A stretch of DNA of 63,516 bases, counting the filler, from Squatina squatina (Eukaryota), in NCBI GenBank assembly GCA_031763465.1. It is 4 parts of 4 records of this genome, joined end to end, with 100 filler letters (N's around TTAATTAATTAA, not from the genome) between each part and the next. Parts side by side here need not be neighbours in the genome. Positions count along the whole stretch, not along the records: positions 1 to 16,793 come from JARFOE010000192.1; positions 16,894 to 35,542 come from JARFOE010000168.1; 2 more parts are not named here. The stretch is one strand, 5' to 3'. Shown here piece by piece: positions 13,301 through 26,375 of this stretch. Made by a program: the position numbers and the translations under genes. The notes under the pieces are model-generated. The model searched no databases and was not told the origin of the DNA. It worked only from the letters and a program-made list of their open reading frames with translations. Numbering within the stretch: the first letter of the stretch is position 1; each line of letters starts with the position of its first letter.

Positions 13301-14829
13301 GCACTCATCTCCGTGTACTTTAAATTCAAAGACACTCCCCACTTACAGTGCCTCAACTACTTCCTTTAATCTCATCCAAAGCACATTTAAAATCGATTAA
13401 ACTCTTTGCCCCCGTTAACAAAGCATCAACATAAATGCTTAAAGAGCCATATAAATACAGAAAATTCTTAACATTTTAAAATCCATTAGCTCCACGGGCA
13501 GTCTTGTGTATGCGAACAAACTCTTTCCATTTATCCAATAGAGTCTAAATTGCTGAACCTCACAACAATGCAGCATGGAAAGGTACAAACCTCAAACTGT
13601 CAAAACAATGAGGAGATCAAAGAGTAACTCTCGACATGATCTAAATTAATCTCTGTGAAACAGACTACACTGGACATTCTTTTCTCAAAGTAAAAGTAAC
13701 TGCTGTGTTAATACTCTGGCTTGGTTTCTTTCGTCCTGGCTCCCAACACTGCAATTGTTTCTTTATTGTCAGTAGATTCTGCTTCCCTCTGCTGCTCTCT
13801 ACATTGTAACACCATGGTGAATGCCTTCCTGGGGACCATCTTTTATGAATGGCCCTGGATTTTACTGTTATTTTTAAATGGCTGAGACCTAATAATTCTT
13901 CTCAAAATCTATTTTGTTATTCANNNNNNNNNNNNNNNNNNNNNNNNNNNNNNNNNNNNNNNNNNNNNNNNNNNNNNNNNNNNNNNNNNNNNNNNNNNNN
14001 NNNNNNNNNNNNNNNNNNNNNNNGATAGCAGCTCCTTAGATCGGTCGCACAATTAGCCTTCTGAAAGAAACTAAGATAATCAGCGTTAACCATTTAGCAC
14101 TGAAATTAGCACATTTTAAAGCTGCCAGAAATGTTTTTTCTATGTCCCGAATTGCAGGGCTTGAAGGGACAGCACTGAAACCGGAACTTTGCACTCGACA
14201 ATTCGTCCATTCGCACCAGTAACTCAGGGAGGTCTAATTCGGCACCCCAGATACATCTGCCACTTTGAATGGCAGGTCTCACTCATGACCAGAAATGGAT
14301 AAACTTTAAAGCTTGTTTCTCTGTTGACAGACATACCCTGTTTGGCAGGTTCTCAACTTGCAGAGAGTTCTGTTATGCCTTCAGGTCACATGCCATTTCC
14401 ATCCCACTAATGTGAGTAATAGGTGAAGCATACACCTACATGACAAGCCAGTGAGCTGTGAAATGTGTTCGCTTTTTTTGTGGTAGCTAATGAGATTAGG
14501 CTTTCACTTCAGCTGCCCAGGCTGTGTTTTAATGTTATTCACAATAACATGTTCTACACATTTTAATCAGTCACAAAATGCCTGAAAATCACAGCACTAG
14601 TTTTTGAGTGTGTTATTGCCACAGAGCATGAAAGGCAGACTGCTCTCCCTACCCTCCACCCTCTAAAGTATTGTCTGTGCTTTTGGACCTTATCAGTTCT
14701 ATAACCAACTTATAGTGTGCTTTTAAAGACAATTACTGGTAATATCTGCCATCCACACAAATTGTCCCGAGAGACGTGCTAAAGTGCAAACCTGACTTTT
14801 CCTCCCCGGATATAAAACTGGACCGTTGC

Positions 14830-15084
14830 ACCTGTGCCGCTCTCTGAAAGCGCTATCCACTTAGTCCTATTTCCCTGCCCATTCCTTATACCCTTTTAAG
14901 TTTTTCTTTTTCAAATATTTACACACTTGCCTTTTAAAAACGATTATGGATTCCTGCTTCCATCACTGTTTCTGTTAGGGCCTTCATGCCCTTTCAATTC
15001 TCCGCTTAAAAATAGATTTCTAACCTCTCGCTTTGTTGTTCTTGTGATGATTTGACCCTTTAGTTACCGACTGACCAAGAAGTG
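14830..15084 (-). mobile_element. Degenerate CR1 3' end
   Basis: Similar to the better-preserved copy at 41743-42122 (CTGTGCCG.TCTC...TAGTCC..TTCCC.GCCC...CCTTTT.AAA...TGC.TCCATCAC). Confidence 0.65.
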
Positions 15085-15087
15085 TAA

Positions 15088-15375
15088 GGGCTAGAAGTTT
15101 GGTTGCAAAGTGCACGTTGTTTGGGCGCTACGGGAGCCGAATTGGGTCGATAATGGCATCCGAGCGGCGCATGCACACGTCTGGTGTGGGCCGCACTGGA
15201 CACCATTTTGGTGAGAGCATTTGCGTCGTCATGGGGAGTGTAGCTGAAAATATGTAGGGTGCACAGATCATGACACCAATCAATGTGTAACATTGATTTG
15301 ATGTCAGCGCTGCCATTTTCGACCTCACCACTGGAGCTAACGTCCTTTCTTAACCTCGCACAGCTGAATGTGCAG
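15088..15375. mobile_element. Putative non-autonomous Harbinger-like DNA transposon end (GC/CpG-rich)
   Basis: Abrupt switch to CpG-rich sequence starting TAA|GGGCTAGAAGTTTGG; ends resemble those at 38354, 40254 and 55620; truncated by a gap. Confidence 0.5.
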
Positions 15376-16793
15376 NNNNNNNNNNNNNNNNNNNNNNNNN
15401 NNNNNNNNNNNNNNNNNNNNNNNNNNNNNNNNNNNNNNNNNNNNNNNNNNNNNNNNNNNNNNNNNNNNNNNNNNNCAGTTACTTTTGTTTTGCTGTTGCT
15501 GATTAATGGTGCAGAACACGTTCAGCCCAGGAATTCAGTGTGCATGCTGCTAAGAGACACTTATCTTGCTGATTTCTGTCCTCTGGGGACCAAGAATTGA
15601 GGAAAACCCATTCCATCAAGATTATTGCCATACCTAAGAGCGATGGCGGGGATATCCAATCATACAGTATAGAAGGTGACATGAAACTAGAAATGAAAAT
15701 GAGCCACATTAACAGTCCATCTGCTGCAGTGTTTCCAGGAATATCACATAGATTCAGGGAAGGGTTTGGCTGACTGGTTTAGGTGGAAGCATTACTGGGA
15801 AATGGATACAGTAATCATTAGCCTAATTACCCTCAACATCATCCATCCAGTTTGCTGAAAGACAGTAGATTAGTCCCTCTGAATGACTGCAAATTTAATC
15901 ATTTCTCTCTTGCAGTAAACCAAAGACATCAAGGCAGATATAAAGGGAATAGTTGAAAGTGAACATTAAATGAGGATGACATTCATTTAAGAGGACTTTG
16001 GTGAGCTTGTAACTTGCCACAAAAATTACAGTGTCTAGACTGATAGAAATCAGATTAGGAAATCTGTGTAATGACTGGCAAATGAATTTACTATTTAACA
16101 CGACTTATCATGGTCCTGATTCTCATCATGACCTTGGGAGACAAATTTGCACACAGGAATGTAAGGCTATCTGAAATTTTTTTCAGATTTTTGACAGACC
16201 TCAAACAGTATTGAACCATTGTTCAGCTTGATATTGATTGCCAGCTAAAATATTTAAAGAGGCCACGTTGCTTTTCATTTAGTTTTGCAACAAAAATCTA
16301 AGCAGGCTGCAAATTGAACTTCTCTTCTTACTAAACACACAGGTACTTCAGGCCTTGTTAAAAAAAAATTCTCTAGGTTCATTAAATATGATTGATGTTA
16401 TAGATATTCTTTTAATCACAAACTCATTTAAAAAATACTTTAGTCAAGTTGTACTTGGCTGCGGGCTTCCCTAATTCTGAGCGACAGCAGGGGATGGGCA
16501 AAACACTACCAACTTTCAGGACACGGGTCTCAGGCTCAAACGCTGATCTGTGTTGCGTTAACACTCTCAGTCAGAGCAGCAATACTGGAATTGTAATTGG
16601 CCTTTATACCACTGGGCTACTTGGTGGAAAAGTCAGCCAGCGTTTCCACTTTTTTATTATTATCTAGTGACCTGCACTAGAACAGCTGTAGTCTCGGACC
16701 AGTATCTGGATAGGCCAGTTCCCGGAGATTCTGAGCTGGTCGAGCATGGGCGGAACTTCCACACGGTCCTCTCAAGGCCAGCGAGATTGTTGG

Positions 16794-16893
16794 NNNNNNN
16801 NNNNNNNNNNNNNNNNNNNNNNNNNNNNNNNNNNNNNTTAATTAATTAANNNNNNNNNNNNNNNNNNNNNNNNNNNNNNNNNNNNNNNNNNNN
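16794..16893. other. Artificial scaffold linker 44N-TTAATTAATTAA-44N
   Basis: Exactly 100 bp with TTAATTAATTAA (stops in all six frames) at 16838-16849; identical structure occurs three times. Confidence 0.95.
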
Positions 16894-16939
16894 AAAGAAC
16901 AGCCCTAATTATTTCAATGTTACAGACTGTGGGAGACTG

Positions 16940-17105
16940 AATGGAATAAACAGAGATAGAAACTACGGGACATGCAGAGCATACAGGTAATGGAGGAAAG
17001 GACAGACTTACAGAAAGAGTGAAATAAAGTCTCAAGAGACAAGAGAGCGAGAGAGAAAAAGAAAAACAGAAAGACAGAGAAAGGAAGAGAGAAAAAATGG
17101 GAAAC
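16940..17105 (+). repeat. GA-rich low-complexity tract
   Basis: Purine-rich AGAGA/AGAAA runs next to the linker. Confidence 0.7.
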
Positions 17106-17469
17106 AAGGTAGACTACCTTTGTTTTTATTTTGTCCTTGAGCATTGCTGAAGAGATCAATTTGTAAAGTAATAAATGACAAAGAATGGGGCCAGAACATC
17201 TAGCAAACATAAGCCCCGATTATATATGACCAGAAAAAAAGTGTGAAGNNNNNNNNNNTTACCAGATTTTAAAAAGATATAACTACATGTAACGTATACT
17301 CTTGAAAATTATGTTTTGTTGCTGTTAGATAAAATTGTACCGATGAGTGAAGTAGTTGAACTTACAATTATCACTGTTTTTATAGAATCCTCCTACAAAA
17401 ATAAAATCCAAATTAGTCGAGAGATTGGAAAGGGAAAATCCAAAATTTTACTTTAGATTAGACTGCATC

Positions 17470-17667
17470 GGACAAGGGGACACAGGTTCAAATTAGTTAT
17501 CAGGAAGTACTTCTTCACAGAGTGATGAACACATGGAACAGCCTTAACAATTAGAGTAGTGAAGACAAAAATACTGGAATCATTAAATACACAATCAGAT
17601 GCTGCATTGGGGCTGGTATTGTCGGATCTTTCCAGATGGATGAATTAAGGGCTAAATGGCCTTCCTT
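17470..17667 (+). mobile_element. Degenerate CR1 3' end
   Basis: RTRGHRFKL...RKYFFT...VMNTWNSL-like coding remnant and GGGCTAAATGGCCT terminal stem. Confidence 0.7.
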
Positions 17668-18036
17668 GCAATTATCAAACGAGAAATGAATTTTGATTAG
17701 TATTTTTACAAACTTCAATGCAATGAGTCATCATTAGGAATTATTGATGATACCTTTAATTATCATTTTTTTTCAGTCGCCTTTGTTAAAGAGGAATGGC
17801 ATCAATTATCAGGAACCACATTCATCTAAAGGATGTCAGTGAATATAAAAAGTGATTTGATCGCTGATTAATCTATTCTCATGAAACAAAAGATATCAGA
17901 ACTTCCATAACAAAAATGAGTAGATGATCTATGGGACTTTTCTCAGAGTAATACAAGTTTTGCTGCTTAATGAGGCGTGAATCTACCCTTGTGCTTGGTA
18001 AAATGATTACTCCGAACATTAAATTTACAAAGTGTC

Positions 18037-18105
18037 AAATAAAAACATAAATGCTGGACACATTTTGCAGGTCAGTCAGCATCTGTGGCGAGAGGAAGGT
18101 AGGAT
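18037..18105 (-). mobile_element. Penelope-derived repeat fragment
   Basis: AAATAAAAACATAAATGCTGGA...CAGGTCAGTCAGCATCTGTGG is the reverse complement of the repeat at 27415-27470. Confidence 0.6.
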
Positions 18106-18554
18106 NNNNNNNNNNNNNNNNNNNNNNNNNNNNNNNNNNNNNNNNNNNNNNNNNNNNNNNNNNNNNNNNNNNNNNNNNNNNNNNNNNNNNNNNNNNNNNN
18201 NNNNNTTTGTAACCGGATAATTCATTTCTCTATCACATTGTCTAAAGTTCAAGCAATTACCACTCAATATTGATGAGGCTACAGAGTGACCTCTACAGAC
18301 ATGATCCAAAGATTAAAAGATAATTACAGACCATAGATCATTTTGTAGATGGCAATAAATTCCTAAAGGGGTCTGACAAATTTGCAAATGTTAATGGCTG
18401 CTACAATCTTATGTATTTCCTATATATTGTACAGGGGTGTTCATTTTAGTTAAAATTAACTGTTTGAAATATTCCCAATAGTTATCTAACCTTTCACAGT
18501 ACAATGGAAATTTCAAATTCAAACAACAGTACATTTGCCAAACACTATTTAATC

Positions 18555-18715
18555 TGGACATACATTGGCTCCCGGCTCGGCAACTCCTCGATTTTAAAAT
18601 TCTCATCCTTGTATTTAAACCCATCTACGACCTTGTCTCTCCCCACTTCCGTAACTTCCTACAAGCCCACAACCCTCTGAGATTGCTGCGTTCCTCCAAT
18701 TCTGGCCTCGAGCAT
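18555..18715 (+). mobile_element. L2 LINE ORF2 C-terminal fragment
   Basis: Translates LDIHWLPARQLLDFKILILVFKPIYDLVSPHFRNFLQAHNPLRLLRSSNSGL, matching the L2 LHWLP...FKIL.L.FK...AP.YL...R.LRS motif. Confidence 0.85.
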
Positions 18716-19048
18716 TACCAATTTTCAGNNNNNNNNNNNNNNNNNNNNNNNNNNNNNNNNNNNNNNNNNNNNNNNNNNNNNNNNNNNNNNNNNNNNNNNN
18801 NNNNNNNNNNNNNNNNNNNNNNNNNNNNNNNNNNNNNNNNNNNNNNNNNNNNNNNNNNNNNNNNNNNNNNNNNNNNNNNNNNNNNNNNNNNNNNNNNNNN
18901 NNNNNNNNNNNNNNNNNNNNNNNNNNNNNNNNNNNNNNNNNNNNNNNNNNNNNNNNNNNNNNNNNNNNNNNNNNNNNNNNNNNNNNNNNNNNNNNNNNNN
19001 NNNNNNNNNNNNNNNNNNNNNNNNNNNNNNNNNNNNNNNNNNNNNNNN

Positions 19049-19190
19049 GGCAGAATGGCCTCCTTCCATGCTGTAAATTTCTATGATTCTATGAAGGCAG
19101 GTGGATAGAGTTAAGATACAGATCAGCCTTGATCTCACTGAATGGCGGAACAGGCTCGAGGGACTGAATGGCCTACTTATGTTCCCATAT
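19049..19190 (+). mobile_element. Two adjacent CR1 3' tails
   Basis: GGCAGAATGGCCT...(TTCTATGA)2 tail, followed by a second tail CAGGCTCGAGGGACTGAATGGCCTACT. Confidence 0.75.
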
Positions 19191-21084
19191 GAGCAAATAA
19201 AGCACAGCTGAGATTTAGCAAGCTGCTTGGGAGAATTTTAATTTTTGCAATGACAAAAAAAAAATCTCTCTTGCTTTTCTGCCCACCAATTTCCCTTGAC
19301 CAAAATAGTTGAGATATAGAGATGGTGGGTAGGCAAACTGCACCCAGACTTCTGCCAATGCTGAACCACCATTCTTCAAAAGGAGCTAGGGATAGTGGCA
19401 CTGCATATTGCTATTCCAATGCCACGTAATGCAAATTAAGCCCCCATCCTACTGAGATCCGGAGCGTTTAGAGCATCTCCATTGGGATGCTCTTGTACAC
19501 TTCAAATGTGCGCAACTAGGTTCAGCATAAAGATACTTGGCCTGGGTCAGCAAGAATAATCAAGGTGTTTTCCTTCACTAAATTTTAAGGTGGCAGATTT
19601 TATAGCAGCACGGCTGAAATGGGAAACTCAGTAGCATGTGTAGTATTTCGCGTTGGTACTCGAACACAGACAGATTTTGTCTGCCATAGCCACACTGTAC
19701 AATTTATTTTGCTTTATGTAAATTCGTTTACAATTTAACAGCACTTAAGCTAGACTAATAACAATCCCTACACATTCTTCATTGCCAGTCTTAAGTTCAG
19801 AGTGTCTGATATTTTATTTCTTGTTCCCCAGTCTTTCAGACTCATGAGCTGACACTGCATTGTCAATTCTCAATAATCACTGTTTTCACTGTAATTATAT
19901 TGTAATAGCACACACTCCTGCAGCTTTACCATTACTTAAATTAAACATTGCAAATGCACTTTCAAGCATAGTGAATTATGTGCAATTACTTATAGGGGTC
20001 TGAATGGGTACAGTTCAAGATTGTTTTGGAAGTGCTGCCAAAGTGGTTCTACATAACTAGNNNNNNNNNNNNNNNNNNNNNNNNNNNNNNNNNNNNNNNN
20101 NNNNNNNNNNNNNNNNNNNNNNNNNNNNNNNNNNNNNNNNNNNNNNNNNNNNNNNNNNNNATATACTGAAAAAAGCAAGATTGTGGGTTTAAAATAAAAA
20201 CAAAAACAGCACAACATCAACCACAATGCAACATGGAAATCCACAGAACAAGGGGACTGTGAGATTGCATTGGATTGATAAGATGGATGAGTACAGTATG
20301 CTGCTATTTAGCGTTGCAATTCCGTAATGAAAACTGGAACCGGTAGAAATGCTAGTTTATACTAGCTGGTACCTAACATTTTAATTCTTTATTTTTCTTC
20401 CATGGCAAGAACCTGAAAAGGACGCAGTCTCATTAACTCACTCACGAGTGGATAATTGTTCCTTAACGCTACAAAGTCAGTCAGGAGAGTAAACCTCCTG
20501 TGAAAACTGACAGTGTACAATATTCCACGTTTCGCGTTTAACCCTTTGGGTGGCTCCATTTAGCTTGCACCTTTCAAAATGCCACTTTTTTGGTTTACCA
20601 TCAAGCATCTTTGCAAAGACACCAAAATGAACACTTTAATAATGTTAGCGGTTTTGTTATGTCCACATTTAAAGTACTAAACTACAATACACAAGTCCTG
20701 TGCTCGGAACTGTCCCTGACGTCCACTGTAAGAATTTTTTTTCAATATAAAAATCGAGTCCCAAAACATCATTCCGCGGTGGGAGGAAGTCATTAGACTT
20801 AATGTTACATTCTCATCTTACATTGCGCCAGGGTCTGGAGCACGTGGATATGAAGCAGCACAAACGTCCACAATCCCCCAAAACATCCAAACAAATTAAA
20901 GTTTCCTCTCGCACCAGCAAATCCGAAGGTTCTTTGGAATACTCCCGACTTCGGCCCCATGATCGGTGCAGCCATCCCACCACCACTTGGGTTTCCAATC
21001 ACCTGCTTATTATCGATCACTCCCCTCCAACAAGGCCCTTGCTTTATTTCCCTTTGGTTATTGATTGTGCAGTCCCCGCTCCTC

Positions 21085-21599
21085 TGATCTTTGGCAATTA
21101 CCACCCCCTGCCCACGGATTGGACTGGGGGGGCGCCGCGACTTCGCCCTCCTCCTCCTCTCGCTCATCCTCCTCCTGAGGTGCTCTCGCAATCCCTACTG
21201 GCAAGGACTGCACCCTCATGATGGTCAAGTTGTGAAACATGCAGCAGACCACCACTAAATGGGACACCCGCTAGACTGTGTACTGGAGGGCTCCTCCCGA
21301 GCGGTCAAGGCAGTGGAACCATTGCTTCGGTAGCCCGATGGTCGCTCGGTGATATTCCTGGTGGAAGCATGGCTTTCATTATATGAGTGCTGGGCACGAG
21401 TGTTGGGGTTGCGGATGGGAGTCATGAGCCGCATGGAGAGCCATTAGCTCTTGTCTCTGATCAGCCACCCTTGAGTTTGCTGTGATGGCTGGAAGATTGC
21501 TGGTACATCGGAGTGACGCAGGATGAAGGCAGCATGACTGCTGCCAGGATCGCAGACATTGACCATCAAGATTCATTAGGCATGGTCGCACACCAACTG
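21085..21599 (-). pseudogene. Harbinger (HARBI1-like, DDE_Tnp_4) transposase remnant
   Basis: Minus strand: QLVCDH**ILMVNVCDPGSSHAAFILRHSDVPAIF...GWLIRDKS*WLSMRLMTPIRNP...YNESHASTRNITE/TIGLPKQWFHCLDRSGGALQY..*RVSHLVVVCCMFHNLTIMR, then an acidic tail; several stops and a frameshift. Confidence 0.9.
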
Positions 21600-23107
21600 N
21601 NNNNNNNNNNNNNNNNNNNNNNNNNNNNNNNNNNNNNNNNNNNNNNNNNNNNNNNNNNNNNNNNNNNNNNNNNNNNNNNNNNNNNNNNNNNNNNNNNNNC
21701 CTGCAATTCCCCACCCCTGCCCCATTCAAGTATTTATCCAATTCCCTATGTAGAGCATAAATATAGAATCACGGAAATCATGTTACCTCGTTGAAATCCC
21801 ATTATCAATTTACCCTGCTGTAGAAACGGCTGGGTAAGTGCAATGGTGAGAACAACAAATGCTGTAAATAGTGTTTTAGGGATTCATTTATTCTCATTAC
21901 CCTTTATATTAGTTTCTTATCTATCACAGATTATTCTGTGGAATGTGTGGTGATGAAATAACAACGCATTCTGAGTTATTACTAGTTACCAACTTTTCAT
22001 CAAGTCAGGTTAATCTGTATTATTTGCAACTTAATCCAATGAAGATCCTTGGTAACCCAAAATGTCAACTTATTTATCATCTCTGAGTCATACATTTCAG
22101 TCAATGTCTTTCTATAAGTAAGTTAGAAGAGTCTTGATGAGTATGATCTTTTAAACATTGCAACTCACAAAGGTTAATGTTCAGGACGAGTATTTCTTGA
22201 ACTGAACTGATTGGATATAAAATGTGACAGAAGAACCTACATTGTCCGGGTTTCTAAGAATAAAAAAATTGTTTGGAATTTAAAAGCTGACATTTCCTAA
22301 GGCATTCACATTCTGTTTTACAAATACTCAGTGGTAAAATTCAACTCTTGAAATAAAATAAAAAGTTGTGTACTTGCAGTTAGTTCCAGGACCTGGAATG
22401 CCAGTGCAGCCTAAATGAGAGAGTCATTCACCCATCACTGTAATACAGCAACATTGAGTGACTGATATAACATGACCGTATATAAATGTATTCGATATCT
22501 TAATACTGACAGATACAGGCTATACAAATACAACATTTTTGATACTATTTATCTGCCACTTTACAAAATGTTCTTAATATGCAAAGATGTATTGTTCTTG
22601 TCTTCCCAGAACCTCTTATTCCAAGTTTATCACATTGTAAACGTCTTTGTTCTATACCCTACAACGGATTTGTAGCAATATTCCTAAAGTGCAATTGCTT
22701 TATCAGTTTATTCTTCCCTCCTCAAAATCTTCCTCCTTTTTTCCCAATTATTTACACAATTAGAATTTTTTTCTTCTGTTTCATTTTGGAGTTCTTCCTG
22801 AAGCTTGCATTGGTGTACCATTGATGGAGACCTGGAAGCAGATCAGCTGCCTACTTGCCTGCCCTGCTTTCTTCCTGCAGATAATGCATGACCTGAGAAG
22901 ACCAGTAAGTTATTATTGCTAGTTAATTTTGTTCTTCTCCTGGACTGTCCCTGCTGCATGCACCATTGGCTTTCCAAAAGGGTAGATGGTGAACCTTGCT
23001 TCCAGTTCTCTGGCAGTGCCACAAGACAACCAGCGGCCAGGAGATATTTGGGGGAGCCCGAGGTGACTCAGACACTAACTTCTTCTCCTTCTCTATGGGA
23101 AAATGGT

Positions 23108-23178
23108 TTGCTTTGTTTCCTACATTACAACAGTGACCAAACTTCAAAAGTACTTAATTGGCTGTAAAGCATTTTGGG
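23108..23178 (+). mobile_element. SacSINE1-like Deu-SINE 3' fragment
   Basis: TTTCCTACATTACAACAGTGACCAAACTTCAAAAGTACTTAATTGGCTGTAAAGC is shared with the other copies in the window. Confidence 0.8.
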
Positions 23179-23646
23179 NNNNNNNNNNNNNNNNNNNNNN
23201 NNNNNNNNNNNNNNNNNNNNNNNNNNNNNNNNNNNNNNNNNNNNNNNNNNNNNNNNNNNNNNNNNNNNNNNNNNNNNNNNNNNNNNNNNNNNNNNNNNNN
23301 NNNNNNNNNNNNNNNNNNNNNNNNNNNNNNNNNNNNNNNNNNNNNNNNNNNNNNNNNNNNNNNNNNNNNNNNNNNNNNNNNNNNNNNNNNNNNNNNNNNN
23401 NNNNNNNNNNNNNNNNNNNNNNNNNNNNNNNNNNNNNNNNNNNNNNNNNNNNNNNNNNNNNNNNNNNNNNNNNNNNNNNNNNNNNNNNNNNNNNNNNNNN
23501 NNNNNNNNNNNNNNNNNNNNNNNNNNNNNNNNNNNNNNNNNNNNNNNNNNNNNNNNNNNNNNNNNNNNNNNNNNNNNNNNNNNNNNNNNNNNNNNNNNNN
23601 NNNNNNNNNNNNNNNNNNNNNNNNNNNNNNNNNNNNNNNNNNNNNN

Positions 23647-23910
23647 TCAATGACTGAGCCTCCACAACCCTCTGGGGGAGAGAATTCCAAAGATTCACCA
23701 CCCTCTGAGTGAAGAAATTTCTCCTCATCTCAGCCTTAAATGGCCGACCCCTTATTCCGAGACTGTGACCCCTGGTTTTAGACTCCCAAGCCAGGGGAAA
23801 CATCCTCCCTGCATCTACCCTGTCAAGCTTTGTAAGAATTTTGTGTGTTTCAACGAAATCACCTCTCATTCTTCTAAATTCGAGATAAAATAGAGTCTAC
23901 TCAATCTCTT
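23647..23910 (-). mobile_element. CR1 LINE ORF2 C-terminus
   Basis: MRGDFVETHKILTKLDRVDAGRMFPLAWESKTRGHSLGIRGRPFKAEMRRNFFTQRVVNLWNSLPQRVVEA. Confidence 0.92.
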
Positions 23911-26375
23911 ACATTTCTTTGTTGCAGGCTCTGTTTATTCAGTGTCCCACAGCTCTGATAATTTTGTCTGCTAAAAATCATGTGGCTGGTTTTGTGATAG
24001 TTAGTCATAAATTCAACAAAAAAAAGTAATTTGAGCTCCAGATTAAATAGAACTGTTAACACCACTTGCAGCATCGGTCATCTATTTTCTCAGCTGTTCC
24101 CAATTATTTAGTTTAAATATATTTCAAATTTCTAGAAGCCTTCCATGTAATTCCATGAGCCACCTATTGTGCAAGTGAGAAAACACTCTTCGTGAGAAAG
24201 CAGCTCGCTGGAACAGAAAAAACCTTTGTGTTTAATGACATTGAGCAATGTGTAAAAAGTGAAATATTGCTCCAAGACCTTGCACATACACTTTTGTAAA
24301 GTGAGTATCTGAATGCAGTACAGTATTGTAGTACAGAGTTGTTTAAAAGGGCATTTTGATGACCTCACCGGAGAGTGGAAGGGTGAGCAATTATATCTTT
24401 TCAGAACAGCATACGGTGTTAACAGTTGTGACAGCGATATTCAAAAGGCTGCAAATCCATTGTGTTTTCTTGTTTTATGCTGCTATTTTGAAAGAGCTTA
24501 AATAGCTCCCTTTATACAATGACTGCTCCGTTTGACATCTGCAAAATAATATTGTTGAGAAGACTGTGGTGAACTTGTCACCATGTTAGCTGTTGATTAG
24601 TGGACATGACTCATTCGGTTAAAGGTATTTAAAAACTGCCTAAATTAAGCTGCCTATATTGGTTTGGGCCAAAGGCACTTTCCAAAGCCTCAATGCCATA
24701 CGTTTACTTACTTCCAAGTAGAAAAATAGATGTCAGCAAATACTACACAACTCAAGCCCTGGCAGCATGTTTAATTGTAGTAAAAATAGTGGCAGACATA
24801 TCACGTGGCTGTGATTTTACAATAAACATCAATAAAATTGGGTGCATTGCAACCTTGTAATTGATGTGATCTGTCCACTGCTATCTTTATTGGAGCTAAA
24901 CGTGCTGCTGGGATCTCGCAGTGAAACACTGGGCACAATTGTCCACTCGTTACATCAGGCTAACATATTTTTGGACTGTATACAAGAGAAAGTGGAAGGT
25001 CCACTGCAGACCATCGTGGGGTTGTAAGCTTCCAGCCAATGCTTATTCTACGCAAGTGTGACAGCTGTTAATGAGCTGAATTACCCACCCCGCCACCAAT
25101 TCTTTTCCTTATGTAATCGACCAAAAGGCTATTTACATTAATACAAGTTGAGAGTTGATGTTAGAATAATACAACAGACGAAAAAATTGTGAGAAAAATG
25201 ATTAGTATGACAGGACGGCATATTTATTAACCTCCAGTTTGTTTTATTTACTGTTTCTTTTTGGTTGGTTGTGTGTTTGACCTGTGCAAAAAGCCATGAC
25301 CATGTTTGAGGGTTTCTAAGCNNNNNNNNNNNNNNNNNNNNNNNNNNNNNNNNNNNNNNNNNNNNNNNNNNNNNNNNNNNNNNNNNNNNNNNNNNNNNNN
25401 NNNNNNNNNNNNNNNNNNNNNAGGATATTTCAATATGCTTGACCTGTGACCCGGTATTAAAACATTTCCGGGATTGGAGCTAACACGAGGGGACCTGCGT
25501 TGTTATTAGCTGTGATATAGTTGGTATTCTCACGATCAACACAAAACGAAACGGCTGTTTCTCATCATCCGTTTAACATGGTAACATGAGGCTTGCAAAT
25601 CTATCCTTTTATAATGCTGAGGGATTATAAATCAACTCATTAAATATAATGCCTCTTTAAACACAAAAAACAGATGTTCAGGTCCTTGTCATTAGCTGGT
25701 GCTGGCTTCAATATGAGTTCTGCACAGTCATGACTATCATTTCTATTAGAAAAAAATGACTGCTGCTATGGGAAGGGCTGCACTGGAGTGCAATTTCTAT
25801 TCCCCAACACACATACCATGCACTTGAATTGTGGTTTTGATGGGGTGAGCATTACCACAAGGAAGCTGGGAAAGAAAAGCTCACTGTTTCCAAACTAACC
25901 AACAACTGCCACAGACAGAAGAAACAAAGCAAGGTATGTAATTGAATAGATCAAATATTAAAATGCATCACTGTGCAGTTGAATAATTTACACATTTGAC
26001 ACATTGTTCACTGTGGCTGTGAAAAATATTAATAGCCATTCTTGCATAAGGTGCTTAGCTATTTACTTCAATTACAGAATATTCCAGTTAATTATAGCCC
26101 CAAATTCAGTCATTCTAGATGGCCAACTAAATGGCTTGTGATGGTATAATTGTTTATAGGCGTCTGATTGTAATTATGGGGTTGAATATTGAGCAATCCC
26201 TGCGCTACTGCATTTAGCTTGGTAAGGTCACTGTGTGGAATCATGGGAATTGTCCTGAGTATTCCATGGTGTGGTGTCTCTGAGCATGAATATGTGCCAC
26301 CTGAGCTCATGCCAGTGCCAAACCCACTGAGGAAATAGCTCTGAGATCTGAAAGATGCATGACACGTGTGAACAA

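Noticed and set aside
15575-15750. Stop-free stretch RKTHSIKIIAIPKSDGGDIQSYSIEGDMKLEMKMSH...
   Set aside because: No recognisable homology and no convincing splice sites
16838-16849. Recurrent TTAATTAATTAA as a biological repeat or homeodomain site
   Set aside because: Always centred in exactly 44+44 N; a synthetic linker
25850-25940. Possible exon ending AAG|GTATGT
   Set aside because: Upstream in-frame stop, no clear acceptor, no homology
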